Positions 25,843-40,016 of a stretch of DNA of 64,000 nt are shown here, piece by piece. How positions within the stretch are numbered: position 1 is the stretch's first letter; the number at the start of each line of letters is the position of its first letter. The DNA is from Spizellomyces punctatus DAOM BR117 (lineage: Eukaryota), in assembly GCA_000182565.2 (NCBI GenBank), contig KQ257462.1; one strand, 5' to 3'. Position numbers and translations under genes: made by a program. Below the pieces are notes generated by a model. That model was not told the DNA's origin and did not search any database. It saw nothing but the letters and a program-made list of their open reading frames with translations.

Positions 25843-26147
25843 GTCAGCGTTTATAAAATTATAGCAACCAGCAATTAGAGCGAATTTATGAAGTAAAATA
25901 CAAGGAGAGGTGTTCTTGGCACTAAAGGAGCGTGGTGGAAGATGAATTCGACGAGTCGTGCCAGATGGATTGTGCAGCTGTGGAAAGCGTAGCTTTGCAA
26001 ATCGAGATGCGATCGGCGACAACCGGGGGTCACAGAACAATGACATCATGTGATACTTGTCACGTGGACATCCAAATTGGAAAGCCAAACTTGACATGGG
26101 TTAAAATTGTTTAATCAAGAACTACTGTACATTGCCTATCTACTAGG

Positions 26148-28692
26148 CTATGGATTCAACTGTTCTACATATTCGTGCTTCACGGTCGCCCCAAACGCGC
26201 CTCCAGCACCGCACCAGGAAGTCGATATCTATAGTTGCGTATGAGATAGTTTCAATCAATACTTACTGGGAGATTCCGGACACTTACGATACACGGCAGG
26301 TCTGGATGCCAGCTTACATCCCGCGTAACCTGTGGATATGAGGGATGTCAAAAATTTTGACAAAACAACCAGCGATCAGACGTTTGCATGACAAGCAGAT
26401 CCCTTACTCCTCCTTTATGCATCATACGGGGACGCAATAACTCAAAGATGGCGTGATTTGCCAATTCGGCGTCATCAAACGAAGCCGCTTTAAGCGCGTC
26501 AGCTGGATCCAGCGCTTGGACAAGTGTGCCATCTAGGGCAAAAATGCGGATAATTCCATCCTCACTTCCCGTATAGACAAACCTATAAAATTTTGAGATT
26601 TCATATGAAGGTACGACAACACTGATCAACCCACGAATCAGACCTTTGACCAGTGCTTGCAGGGGGTGAAAAGTGACACCGAATCAACGTTTTGAGGACT
26701 GAATTTGGCGCCTCCAATCGTTAAGTGCCTCGGACCATTCATTTCCGAACCGAATGTAACCCACCGCTATGTCCTGTAAAAGTCTGCACAGAACAGTCCT
26801 TTGGATGACGAAATTCAACCGACCCAGGATAGCGCATAATCCTGTAATCCCAATCTTCGCTAGATAGAAGGAAATATTGTGAAATGGTCCGTCTTGATAA
26901 TCTTCTCTTCTCGCCGACTCTTAAAATGCCGTTTTACCTGTAGTACCCAGTTCTCAAAGTTAGATCTTTCCTCACTTGATTTGGTTCCATCATCTTCCGC
27001 ACGTCCCTGCAAGGAGCGCATGAAATTTGTGTCGTGCACTACCTGAGCATGTCTTTCCCCTTACCACATTTTCATGTGTTGATCTTTGCCGTTCGTTAAA
27101 GCGTACCGATTGTCGCCCTTCGAAGACACGTATGTGATTCCTTCAGTATGTCCAACAAGAACCCCTGCTGGTTGTGCATTCCTGCCAAGGGAGCGGCGAT
27201 CCCAGACCTGGCCATGGTAGTAGTTACGAATTATTGAACATCCACCGGGCAATATCGAGACCATCGCCCACCTTCACAAACGAATCGTCGCTTGCGGAAA
27301 AGAGAACGTGTGAAGACATTGGTTCTGCATAGCAGACTAAACATTGCATGTCAGTAATTTGTCAGGAAAATCTGACCCTAGGGACGTACCTGCATTGACA
27401 TCGTCAGTGTGCCCAGGTATTTGGTGCAGTATAGACCGAGTTTCGATGTCATATACTGCCATGTGTGCATCAGCCACTTTTCCTGTAAGCCTCAAGGTGT
27501 TGAGTCACATAACGTACCCACAATAAGATTATTGCTGGTTCCTGCGACAATCTCCCGCCCGTCTCCAGAAAAACGAATCGACCAAATCTATGATAGGAGC
27601 TGTAGTGATCCATCGGCCTTTCTCTGGAATGGTTAAGCAGCTGACCCCAAAATTGCTATCAAAATGCTGATCAAAGTCCAGCGGAATCTGCTCAGGATCA
27701 TCCCTGTCCAATTGTGCTCGTGTAAGATGAACTATCGGTGTAATCGACGAATAGATCATATGCCTAAATTATGGTACATCAGTGATGAACCTAGTAATAT
27801 TCAGTCAGCTGTGACCTCCTACCGGTTGTCTGGGGAGAGTGCACAATCTTGCAGTGAAAGCATTCTTATGTTACTGGCATGCACGGACGGACATGCAGAT
27901 CAGAAAATATTTCTTTCGTGTTTACCTGTTATGGTCCATCGACCAACCTCGGCATTGATGCTCCGCTGTCGTCTAATATCATTCAAATCCGAGGTGTCAT
28001 AAAGGTGTACATGGAAATCTTGTGTACAGGAGAAGAAGAACTTCCCATCCTCTAGATGACAGCAACATATTTAGTGTTACATTTGTCTAGGTGTTGCAGG
28101 AAACTCTAGATTTACCGACCTGAAAATTGTCCTGAATAAGCGCGAGCTCCGTATTTGTCAACCACAGCCTTGGTCTGATTTGGAATAAATCTCTGGAGGA
28201 GTTCAACCATAATTTCGCATTCAGCATAATGCAGCACTGGTGTTTGTCGCGCAACTAATGCCCTTTCGCGCATCCTATTTCACTTCTAGAAAATGGTCGC
28301 GTATAAAGTCTGCAGCATGACGATACCTTCGCAATGGGAAGGGTATTTTGCGTGTTCATGAGTCCCGTTTCTCTCGACTTAAGAATCCTGTAAACAGAGT
28401 GTTTCCTCCTCTCTGCGGCAGAACTTGCTCCGGCTGGGGTTTGGGTAGCATCTTCGGATCGATTGTCCTTATGTAAGTACGGCGTCTTCCGCGGATTCAG
28501 ATGCGATGATCCTCCTTGGCTTAATGCGCTTGATAATATAAATTGGACTGCTTCGCTGTTATCAAGCTGCAACTCGTCGTCGTATTCGCCCTCCAGTCCA
28601 TCAAAGTCCATAAAGTCATCCTCCATTTCTTCAAAATCATCTTCTTCCTCCTCTTCGTATTCTCTATCATCGTCGGATGCGTCTGTTTCCAT
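26148..28692 (-). CDS. DCAF11: WD40 protein DCAF11/WDR23 (LEC14B-like); start uncertain
   Basis: GHTDDVNA, VWDRRSL...GVLVGHTEGITYVSSKGDNRYALTNGKDQ, VLKTLIRCHFSP, RFVYTGSEDG, RDVSWHP. Confidence 0.92.
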
Positions 28693-28966
28693 TTTTACGG
28701 CATTGTCAGCATTAGCGAAGGAACATTGTAGGTGAACACGATGCGTCACACGGGGTTGCTGATTTGGTAATCGAGGCAGACCATCACATGACTCAGCTTG
28801 TCCCAACCCAACAAGCTGTAACCCAAGCAATTCCGCTACTTTTACAGAATCCCGATCCATCCCCAGTGCTTGAATTCTCGTTAATTTCATATCCATTTCT
28901 GCGGATCCCGCCGCCACGAATCTGCCGCTATAACGGAGACGTTCTCTACGCTCATGATTTTCAGCT

Positions 28967-31610
28967 ATGGTTGAGCTTACTTTATCCACTGTCAGTGAGT
29001 ATCGTCATTTTTGAGCCGGGGGAAAAGTGTCCTTGAAAGCTATTAAGACGGAAAACGGCAGACCAAGTGCTAGTAATTGCTAATTATTTTTTGTGGCTAA
29101 TAGGTAGGGGACCAAATAAGTTTGCCCCTGCTCCCAAAGTCAGACCTCGGCCAGGGCGAGAACGGATAAACGCACCTAAGAGTACGCCGGCTCCAGGCTC
29201 TGCGTCTGCGTCACAGAGCAAACCGACGGGCGCTTCTGGCGACCCAGTTTCTGTGGAATCAGTTTCAGTTGCGCCTTCTGCTGTATTAGTGTCCCACGAA
29301 GCAACCCCGCCAATTCCAGCACTGTCTACGCAAATCCCCTTGTTGTCTGCTACACCTCTCTCTAATACCTCTCCACTTCCTTCATCAACTGCCCCCTTAC
29401 ACGATAATAATGATGTATCTTTTTTGGAAAAGCCAGTGTCCAGAGCTCCTGGTCCTTCTGTGGTGAGCAGATCAGCAGAAGGTTGTCATTGTAAGGCGAT
29501 CCGTATTTATGGGATCCGTCAGATTACTAGGTCGCTCGGACATGCACAGATGTTTCCTCGGGATATGGATGAAGCGGGAGAGGGCAATTTCAGTAGATTA
29601 AACAATCGGCCGACTGCACCCCCTAGAGTAGGTCGTTCCTCGTCGGTTGCACCGTGCCCTTTTGCTCATCCCCTCTGTAGATAGGCGCCGTCTCCGGAGC
29701 ATCGCTTCCCGTTCGCGTACCTAAATTTGTGTCACGAGACATCGACGATGAATTCGACGACGACTATGTTCCGAAGTCCGTCTTGCGTGTATTGGGTCCT
29801 CCCAAGGTAGGTAATGTGAGGCCCGCGTCTTCGTCATCGCCGTGTTGTCGAAAGTTTCCGAAAGTGACGCTTATCCCCCAGATTGGTGTCAGCAATCCAA
29901 CCAGCGTTGAAAAGCAAGGGGGGGCACTTCCGGTGGTGAGCGCTCATGAAGACACTGTCGAGGAGTCACATGTCCGACAACAGGGGTTATCCGATGCACT
30001 TCCTGAGCAAATTCCGCGAATAGGTCTTCGAAGGTCAATGCGCGGAGATCTTTCTGGTGAAGGCAACGAGGATAGGTTGGAAGAGTCCCCAATGGATATC
30101 GATCTCGATGAGTCCACCATTCCGCAAGCCTCTATTGGGGATTTAATAAAGCACAAGTTCCCGAAAGGAAAGCTATCCAGAATTGAGGAGCTTCGACAGC
30201 AACAACGTAAAGAACAAAGAAGGAGAGCGGGAAAGAGAGAAGGAACACCCAGCACAACCCGGGCCGAGTCTCCAGCTATGTTTGAAGCTGTGGATGACGA
30301 AGTGCCGGACATCAAGTATGGCAAAGATTCCAAGATACAAAGTTAATGCGATGGGCTTTTCTCACAGGGTTCTACAGTTTGTCAGGTCCCAGACTTATTA
30401 TGGTGGATGGAAAACTGCAGGTCGACCAGGATTCGCTTGTCATACGGACCCATGTGGAGGATGAAGCAGATCTGGAGCACGTTGATGAAGGAATGCAGCG
30501 CCACATTACGAGCGCATCATTCCGCACAAGAAAAAGGCTTGGCAGGGTGAAATGGACAAAGGAAAGGACCGACCGATTCTATGAGGTATGCCAAATTTTC
30601 TACGCGTCCTACGACGGGATTTCTCACACCAGCTGTGGTGCAGGGCCTATCATATTTTGGAGCGGATTTCAGTATGATCTGCCTGATGTTTCCAGATCTA
30701 AACAGAGGGCAAGTAAAGGCAAAGTATAATGCGGAGGAGCGTGTGAATGGCAGAAGGCTCACTGCTGCTCTGTTGAAGAGACTGCCCCTGCGTAAGTCTC
30801 TGGATATCTAATTTGGCGCCAGCCTGCTGACTTACAAGTGGCATGCTATCTTTACGTCCAGCCAAAGATCTAGTTGTGGAGATGAAGGACCTGGTTCGAC
30901 AACGAGTTGCAAAACGCAAAACTTTGGCTGATGAATCTGACGAGGAGGCAATACCTGCGATGAAGAGAAGTGCCGCAAATACGCCCACCCTTGATGGCGA
31001 CGAAGCTGCTGCTACCCAAGATAGAGAAGATGGTAACTCCCAGCAGCTACAGCATGCTGATCGACGAGATGGCGACGCGGAAACACAGGAATCTATAAAT
31101 CATGAAGGGGAACGCGGGGCTGGCACGCTACTTGGTAGCATCACTATGGATGATGATGGGGGTGTACCACTTTCGGTACCAGTTTCGATGGGTCCTCCAA
31201 TCCGTCGCAACATGGCTGCCGTCGGCGTCCGACCAAAGGTTGTACCTAGGGCGGCCGCAAGGAGGAAAAAGCAGGACATTGAGCAAGCAGGGGATGCAGC
31301 AGAATCATCAGTGCCGTCAGCACAAGTCGGAGAGCAAGAAGGGCCGCAAGGCGCCCAACCTGAATTGCCAATGGCAGTGACCAACGTGGTGAAGCTTTCC
31401 CGGCAACGAACTGTCCCCACCATCGGCTCAGCGGCGTCCTCGGCCGCCTCAAGGCAAACAACGAAGATATTAACTCCAGCCATGCGAGCACAGGCCGCGC
31501 GGACAGCTGCTTTGCGTAATTTACCTGAAGGTGATGCCACTGAGGAGCTCGTGCAGCAGGATGATACCCTGGCGGGCTCTGACGATTTTGAAAGGGAAAA
31601 CGGAGAATAA
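28967..31610 (+). CDS. BDP1: TFIIIB B'' subunit Bdp1
   Basis: N-terminal NKFAPAPKVRPR; PRLIMVDGKLQVDQDSL; HITSASF and SANT domain KWTKERTDRFYE-GLSYFGADFSMICLMFPDLNRGQVKAKYNAEER. Confidence 0.88.
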
Positions 31611-31797
31611 GGTTGGACGTTACTATTACATCCATCTTCAGAGAGTTCTTTGTAAATATTTCTGGTTGAGGATGGGATACTGGACACTCGAGGGTTTACT
31701 GTACACTACCACTGCTCGCTCACATGCTAATTTAGCAATCTAGCTTTGCTTTTTGATTCGAATATGTACAAATATTTCACATTGCAATTGCGTGACT

Positions 31798-32777
31798 TTA
31801 ATGATGTATTTCGATTCTTTTACCAGGTATCCATTCCTGAGCTGCCTTCTTGATATTCACCCAGTACTGTAGCTGAATGGCAAGCCGTTTGGCCGCATCT
31901 AAGTCTCTGTCTCGGAAGGCTTGTGACAACTGGTCGATAGTCTCCTCCATCCGTTCTAAATCGCTGGTGATTAGTTCACATGATTCCAACGATCACAGTA
32001 ATAGTACCAACTTTCATTCTCTCTTCTAATTTCTTCAATCTCACTCTGCGCGTGCGCTTCTTCCAGACGCTCACGAGCATCCAAAACCTCCATCAGCAAG
32101 GCGGGATCATTCATGGACTCGCCTTCCTCAATCGAAACACCGTTCAGCTCAAGCAGATACTGTGCTCGTTGAAGTGGGTCGCGAAGGACCTGATATGCTT
32201 TGTTAATGAACGAGGACTGTTGCTCTGCGCAAAGTTTCTCAGTCTTAAAAAGACCGTACGGCAAAACCAGAATTACGTCCAGCTGTATATAGTTTAATCG
32301 TTTGATTTGTTCACCCACCTGTGACTTCTGACCGTATCCATCAGGATGGACAGCCTGTTGAAGCCTTAGAAATTTGTTTCGCAGTAATCGCTCATCCACA
32401 TCAAAGGCAAACTTTGCTTCGCCGGGCGCGAGCTCTGGCAGAAGAACGTCATAGTATGTTGCTTCATCATAGGTGGGCTGGATAAGACCACGCTCCGCGG
32501 GACAGAATACCGCAGACCTTGGCAACTTCGCACCGCAGCGCCAGCATTCACGTTCCGAGGTGCTTTCAGTCGATAGGAAGCGGGAAAAGGGAATGGTTTG
32601 CTGTCGGGGAGCATGCTGCGTCCTAAAGGGAATATGTTTCGCTTTTGGAATTCGTGTTGGCCGATAGTGCCAAGGTATGGAGCACAAGCGTCGTTGCTGT
32701 GGCGTTGCTTCATGTACACATTTCCAAAATATCCTGATAGACGTGACTCCCCTTGATCGCCCACCAATTTTGCTCAT
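31798..32777 (-). CDS. JAC1: Fe-S cluster co-chaperone HscB/HSC20
   Basis: CWRC motif, J-domain LQQAVHPD, SSFINKAYQVLRDPLQRAQYLL, C-terminal LQYW; basic presequence-like N-terminus. Confidence 0.93.
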
Positions 32778-32935
32778 TCCCGCTGCTTGTGAAGTGAGGC
32801 TTTTTCGAGCTCCCCAGATACTAGCATCATCGAAATCATCATGTGGAGACATTAACCGGCTATAGGCGGATCAAATGCGTGATGACGTAAATCAACTTGT
32901 TGGGGAAACGCAATCTCAACTCTCACCTCTCCAAG

Positions 32936-35900
32936 ATGGCTGACCGAAAACGACAAAAGACATCAGCGTCCACTCCAACGCGTAAGAAAAGACCGCCCAT
33001 CGAGAGCCCGGGCAGACAACGCACATTGGACGCCTTTCTGCGGGGAGGCGTTGCAACCGCCAGTGTCGGCGCAAAGCCTTTGAGCGACGAAGGTTGGGAG
33101 CAATGGCCCCCTGGCACATTTGATACTGTCAAAGTGGAATGGGAGTCGGAGACACAGGAAGAGGGCACGAGCGAAGTTGTAACCACGATAAGTGGCGCAT
33201 TGGCATCTAGCTCTACTGCTTCAACGAACTCCACGTTAGAGAAGGCAGTTCCTACCGAGCAGTCTTCTCTCAATACTGGGTCTTGTGCCATTGACTTTAC
33301 CGAATTTTCCTCTGCGGAACTACCTTCATACTGGCAAGCAGGCTGCCCAACTCCATACAGATGGCTTGTGGACCAATTTGTGGCAGTAGAGAGAGTTACG
33401 ACGCGGCAGTACGTAAATACCAAAGGTGTAGACGATAGTCTATATGTTAAAATATTTATTGATCAAGAGTCATTACGAATATTCTTACAAACATGCTCCG
33501 AACGATCATTCGTAATGCGCCAGAAGATTTGTTACCAGCATTATATCTGTGTACTAACAGCTTAGCACCACCCTATGAAGGTGAGGAGCGTCATCATATC
33601 CAGCTCATTCATGTTCTCACTCCAGTTGAGGTGTGGAGCTCGGTATTGGCCCGCAAATTTTGCTTAAAACGATAACTTCCATATCGGATATGTCCTCCAA
33701 GGTGACCTTTTCTGCCACTTGTCCAGTTCGTCAGTATTTCGTAATTGCTTTTTTTGGTCCAGGCAGTTAAAGCAGCTTGGGAAAAATATGGTGACTGGGG
33801 GGATGTTGTCTTCACCGCTAGGGTCAAGATGCAAATGCTTGTTAAGCCAAAAGCGCTGCTAGTTTCTGGGGTGCGTGACAAGTTGCAAACTTGCGTAACC
33901 ATATGTATTAATAGAATTTAAGGTCCTTCAAACCCTCCGAAAAATAGCACAACTGAAAGGACAAGGAACCTTAAACCAGAAAAGTGATCTCATCAAGAAG
34001 ATGATGGTGGCCTGTGAGGTGTGGCCGGCAGTTGTCGCATCAAGCGGACTAAAATTAATACCCGTTTACGTTTCAGGGTGAAGAGCTACGTTACTTGACT
34101 AGGACCCTAGTGTCCCATTTGCGGATTGGGGCCGTGCGAACAACGATTCTTATTGCTCTTAGGTTTGAAGAATATCTCTCAAATATTTCTGTTTGCGGAT
34201 CTCAAACTGAAGAGCTAAATAGTCATGCAGCAGTACTGGAACATAGTTTCGCTCCATCTGAGATTAAAACTACGCCCAGGGATGCGATAAAGACCCGCTT
34301 CAAACTGGCCGAACAGATTATAAAAGTAGGTAGTGCTGTGCAAATCTGGGATGGGACGATTCTAATTCCTTATTGCAGGAATGTTATGCTCAGGTACCCA
34401 ACTATGATCGCTTAGTGGCCGCCCTCTTGGATCCTGCCACTGGTTTGTCAAGGATGGGGGATGTTCTCAAGTGTACTGTCGGGATCCCTATCCGGCCCAT
34501 GTTAGGAAAGATCACTAGAGATTTGGCGGTAAGGACGTTACAACGCTTAGAAATCGACAGGAAGCGTTAATGGTTCAGTAGGACGTGTTCGAGAAATTAG
34601 AAGGGCTGAACTACTGTGCAGATTTCAAGTATGATGGTATGAGACAATTGGCCCTTAATATTGTCAGCCTGTACGGACTTCCTGTCTTCCCGGCACAGGA
34701 CAGCGAGCGCAAATTCATCTATCAGAAACGGGCCAAGTGTCGATATTTTCCCGACATCTGGGTTGGTGGTCACAGTCCTCTCTTCTATCTGCTCTGTCGT
34801 TTTCGGCTCACATGCCACCGAAAGAAACAATAACCGACAAGTTCCCGGATATATTATCAATAATACCAAGTACAATTGCAGTATCGACTGGATCGTTTAT
34901 AATTGATTCGGAAGTGGTTGCAGTCGACGAGCAGGGCAATATCCTCTCCTTCCAAACTCTAAGCAACCGAGGCAGAAAAAACGTCGCTTTAAAAGATGTC
35001 ACTATTGGAGTTTGTATTTTTGTTTTCGATTTAATGTATTTAAACGGGGAAGTAAGTTAGAAAGGGATAACGAAGTCTTTCATGTTGGCTAAGTGACGCA
35101 TCATCACCTAGAGTTTGATCAAACGATCCTTTCGAGAACGACGAGACGCTATGAGATCCGCATTCAAGGAGATTAAAGGACGCTTTGAATTTGTGCCTCA
35201 GGTAATCGTCGGTGAATTCATTTTCATTGGCCAATCCCCTAAGACATTGTCTTTTATAGATTGAAACAAGGGATGCTGATGAGGTATATTCAAAAAGGAT
35301 GTGTCGACTGTAAAGATTGGTACTGTACAGAATTTAATCACCACTACAGCTGCAAGAGTTCTTGACGCGATCACTGCAAGCGGGCTGTGAGGGTTTAATG
35401 GTCAAGATCCTTGATAAGCCAGCTGTCACTGGCTCGGAAACGCTCCTGGCGACATATGAACCAGGTACGTTGTATACCTGCATCAGCTGTTGAATTCCTG
35501 TCATCGCGAGCTGACGCTTATATCTCCTGGGCTTCTCGAAGATAAACGTACAGAGAGCTGGCTGAAGGTCAAGAAAGACTATGTCGAGGGACTGGCAGAT
35601 AGTCTGGACCTGGTGCCAATTGGGGCTTGGTACGGGACGGGAAGAAAGGCAACCTGGTATTCCCCTTTTCTCATGGCGGCGTATAACCCTGAGACTGAGC
35701 AATATGAGACTGTGTGCAAGTGTATGAGTGGTGCGTCCATGGTGAATGACTGGGTATATCACATCACTTCTATTGATGCTCTCTGTGCTTTAGGCTTCTC
35801 GGATGCATTTTACAAGGAGATGAAGGTATTCATCAAAGCGTCTTTGTAACCGACCATATTTCACGCAATGCCACATGTGCAACAGATAAAGTATGCAAAA

Positions 35901-36504
35901 GACTCCGGTAACACTGTTGACTCTCCAAAGAGTTACTATGCAGTATCGGATGCGTTACTCCCAGACGTTTGGTTTCTGCCGCTAGAGGTAAACACCGAAA
36001 AAAGTTACTCGTCGTCCTTGTACTTACGAATGCTAAGGTTTGGGAAATTCGTGGTGCTGATCTCACTCTTTCTCCCGTACATCGTGCTGCGGCGGGAAGA
36101 GTAGATGAAGTGCGAGGGATAAGGTGAGACCATCCCAAATTAGGTCTGACTTTGGAATCCGATGGAAGTTGATTCATCTTCCTTATTTCATTCGCGTTGT
36201 TATAACCAGCCTTAGATTCCCTCGGTACGTTTAGAGTATCCGACTTTCTGTCAAACTGTACGTATTTATTGGACGTTGGTTCTCTTCATGCAGGTTCATC
36301 CGGACAAGAGGCGATAAAGGACCGGAAGACGCAACGACGCCAGATCAGGTTGGTAAAATGTAAGGAGACATAGCTTTTAGAGATGATCAGCTAATATGTT
36401 GTCCTTTCCAGATTAGTGAAATGTTTCTGAAGCAACGCCAACGCGCTATCGAAGCCCCTGTTGCTGATGAGGATCCAGAATTGGAAGAAGAAGAGGCCCA
36501 ATAA
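32936..36504 (+). CDS. ATP-dependent DNA ligase of the ligase I family (Adl1-like paralogue), many short exons
   Basis: PIP-like [15 protein letters not shown]; active-site [41 protein letters not shown]...VCKCMSGF; WEIRGAD. Confidence 0.92.
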
Positions 36505-36738
36505 ACAAGGCCAAACAAGCAGACTCAGTCCCTAACCCTGTTAATGCTGTGGGAAGGCTGCAATGCAGAATTCTGGCACCTTTTTTTTTGGAATGTTAAA
36601 ATAGAACATCTATTGCTACATGAATCTCTTGACACTGCCTTCAAACGCAAGAGCGATAGAATAATGCACCCCATTAGCTAAAGCGCGAAAGCCTCCACAA
36701 TGCTCTATGCACTTCCCATACGCATTTGCACATTCCCA

Positions 36739-38137
36739 TCAGTCGAGCGAGATTCTCTCTGAGTAGGTGAGATAGTTGCTAGCATTGCGTTTGATGATAT
36801 CCACAACTGGCCCGAGAAGGCGAACAAACGCCTTCTTTCCGAGAGTCGCGCACTTCAATCGACCCTTGGCGATCACAGTCGCCCGTCGTGGCTTATCACT
36901 CAACAGTGCCAATTCTGTAAAGAATATCGCAGATAAATATAGGAAAGTAACCTCTGCAGATTCTTGCCACTCATACCTCCAAAATAGTCCCCTTTCTTCA
37001 AGCCTGGCATTTCATGTTCAATACCATTCTCATCTGTAGTCACCACTCTGGCTTCACCACCCTCAATAATGTAGAAGGCATCACCGACGTCGCCCTGTCT
37101 GATCACCACGTCCCCGTCATTGTAGCTAACACTCTCCAAAGCGTCCGCTATCTTATGACGCTCATAAGGCTCCAGCGAGACCAATAAGGGGACCTCCTCC
37201 AAGAAGGACTCGTACATCCGTCTCTTGCGCGATGTGTTCTCCATCAGTATCCGGCGGAATGTCACGCGATCCAAAGCCCACAAAACGCAATCTTGGGTAG
37301 CCACAACTGTAGCAGCACGAGGGGCATTGTACATGAGCGCCAGTTCACCAAAACTGCCATTCGGACCGTAGTCTGCCACCTTGACTGGCTGTTGCCCCCC
37401 GCGCGACACGTAAACATCAAGGGCACCAGTCTCCACGACGTAAAAGTAGTCCCCAATGCCTCCTTGCTTAATGACTTCTTCCCCAGCTGCCACGCGCTTT
37501 TCCGCCATGGCGTTCACAACGTCTTGGTATTGCTCGTCGTCTAGGCTTTTGAACAGGAAATTACCACGGATTGCGGTCTCAATGCGTTGTTTTTGCTCGT
37601 CAGCCTTTGGAATCACTAGTTTTACGTAGTCCTTATCAAGAGTCGGCGCCATCGATTCCGCGCTTACTGATGTTCGGCGACCACGGTTGTAGTTGGTCGG
37701 AGGCGGCGGGGGAGCGATCTCCTCAACATCGTCATCCTCTTCCTCGTCAAAGTCGTCATCATGATTCTCATCTTCCGACTCGGGCGCTTTGACTTCTTCC
37801 ACTTCATGTCTGGGGTTACCTCCCGCGCCGTAACCGCCAGCTCCTTGCGGTCCAAAAACATCTGTAGCCGCTTGATTTCCTGCTGCGGACATTATGAACA
37901 TTGCACAAATGGATTAAATCAGCGCATGCAGCCAGGAGTTAAAAAAGTTTGCATACCCGTTGTACCTAGCCTGATGAGCTTTGTGCGCTGCTCCTCCAAC
38001 TTCCTATGGAAATAATTGGCACAAAACTGATATATGTCTTTTGGTTGTGCCCGAAGGAGTTCTCGGTTCAGGTCCTTTAAAATCTCGGGGAACTCCGCCG
38101 GCACTGTAAATTGGTCCGGACTGAAACGTTCGCTCAT
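36739..38137 (-). CDS. BCY1: cAMP-dependent protein kinase regulatory subunit
   Basis: RIIa D/D domain LKDLNRELLRAQPKDIYQFCANYF, inhibitor site RRTSVSAES, two cNMP domains (FGELALMYNAPRAAT). Confidence 0.97.
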
Positions 38138-38894
38138 GGCGATTGAAGTAGAAGCGTTATTCGTTGATGTGGGCAGCTATGGTGGGAATATAGGGAATCA
38201 GTCAACTGTCCAAAGGGCGGCCCAGGATATCAACCCACCTTTGCGAAGATAGAGGTGCACGATTGTAAATGCTAGGATTTCAGGGCCAAAAACCTGCAGG
38301 GCACAAGAGAGACACCGAAATGTGCCAAAAGCACCTCGAAAGGACGCGAGAGCGTCAACCAAAGCCAATGGTCAATTCTACAAGCTAGCCCCAACAGCGC
38401 AGTTAATTCTTTCCTATCGAGCTAACAGGGGATAGGAGCTGAGGAAGATGTGGGAACAAGTGCAATTTTGTCAGTTATCGCATATTGTTCGCGGGCATGA
38501 AGAGCCTTGACAAGCACTTTTACGCGCCAGTTGCTAGAGCTTACGTACCCTCTCAGAAAGCCAAATGCAGGTGAAATCCAGTGGAGTAGCCGAGTGCAGG
38601 TGTGGGATGACAATGATGATGAACAAAGGAAGGAGCAGTGTGCAAGTCAAAAGTCACCAAATAAAAAAAGGGAAAATGCAGTTGGTCGTGAGCAAATGGT
38701 GATGAGCGGGGTTTGCGGGGCAAACGGGCCAGGGAGTTGGGAAACCCATTCAATTAGTTGTAACCAGCCATTGGGAAGTTTGGGTCAGGTATAGATCACG
38801 TGATGTATGGGAGGAAACGCCTTGGAGGAAATTCATTCTCTGCTCTTTCACTTTGCAAATAGTCGAAACGGCGTGATTGACCCATAGCCTCGAC

Positions 38895-39830
38895 ATGAAG
38901 TTCCTAAAGACTGGAAAGGTAAATATACTCGAATTGCATGTGGAATGGATGAATGGATGGATGAATGGATGGATGGAAGGAGGGGTTGGGATGGGCCGGA
39001 ATGGAGCGACGATAATGAGACGACATGACAGAAAATTGCATTTTGAAATCGATAGCTGATCGGTACACGTTCTGCTCTCTCTGTTGGTGTTAGGTGGTGC
39101 TTGTTCTTCAGGGCCGGTATGCCGGAAAGAAGGCGGTGATCGTCAAGAACTTTGACGAAGGCACCAAGGAGCGCCCCTACCCCCACGCCATCGTTGCCGG
39201 CATTGAGCGCTACCCATTGAAGGTCACCAAGGGAATGGGTCAGAAGCGTGTTGCCAAGCGCTCCCGCGTGAAGCCTTTCGTCAAGGTCGTCAACTACAAC
39301 CACCTCATGCCCACAAGGTACTTGCCGTCGTGTTTTCGAAAAATGTTGCGTAGACAGGATCGACGATTGGGAGGATGCATATTCTATGACTAGAATGAGC
39401 ATTGCGTCGAAGCAGTGGTTGGGAGGACTGGAGGCATTCTTTTTGGCTGAAGCGTGTCCGTTTCCATATTTTGGGGACTAGTCAGGAGGATCAAGTGCGG
39501 AAATGAGGACAAGGCGCGATGGTGGAATGCGATCTAGAGACAAGGATTCACAAGAGGACGACTCGACGTGCAGTAGCCTGACCATTTTTCCGTTACCTTT
39601 AGGTACAACTTGGACATTGACCTGAAGCAAGTTGTTGGCGCTGAGAGCGTCAAGGAGCCCACCCAGCGCATTCAATCCCGCAAGGCCGTCAAGAAGCTCT
39701 TTGAGGAGCGTTACAACAGTGGCAAGAACAGGTGGTTCTTCCAAAAGCTGCGTAAGTAATTGTTTTCTAACCCCTAGCGTCATTGCACTACTAGCATGCC
39801 CCTGACGTTTTTGCGGTTATAGGTTTCTAA
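38895..39830 (+). CDS. RPL27: 60S ribosomal protein L27 (eL27), 4 exons
   Basis: [26 protein letters not shown]...[11 protein letters not shown]...[15 protein letters not shown]. Confidence 0.98.
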
Positions 39831-40016
39831 GTTAGAAGCAGTTGGCTGTTGGTGTGGGATAATATAATGATGAAATCGAGTGCCTTGTACATTTTTATCC
39901 AGTGTTGCATGTTTACTGTCGTCTCTAATTTGAACAATAATGATCGTTGGGGCTGACGTAATCACCTTGCGCACTCTTTGGCTCCAAGATCACTCTTCGT
40001 CCTGGAGCTCACCAAG

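Noticed and set aside
39318-39602. Intronic snoRNA in the long RPL27 intron (also RPS18 intron 1)
   Set aside because: No convincing C/D box pair with terminal stem or H/ACA layout found by eye.
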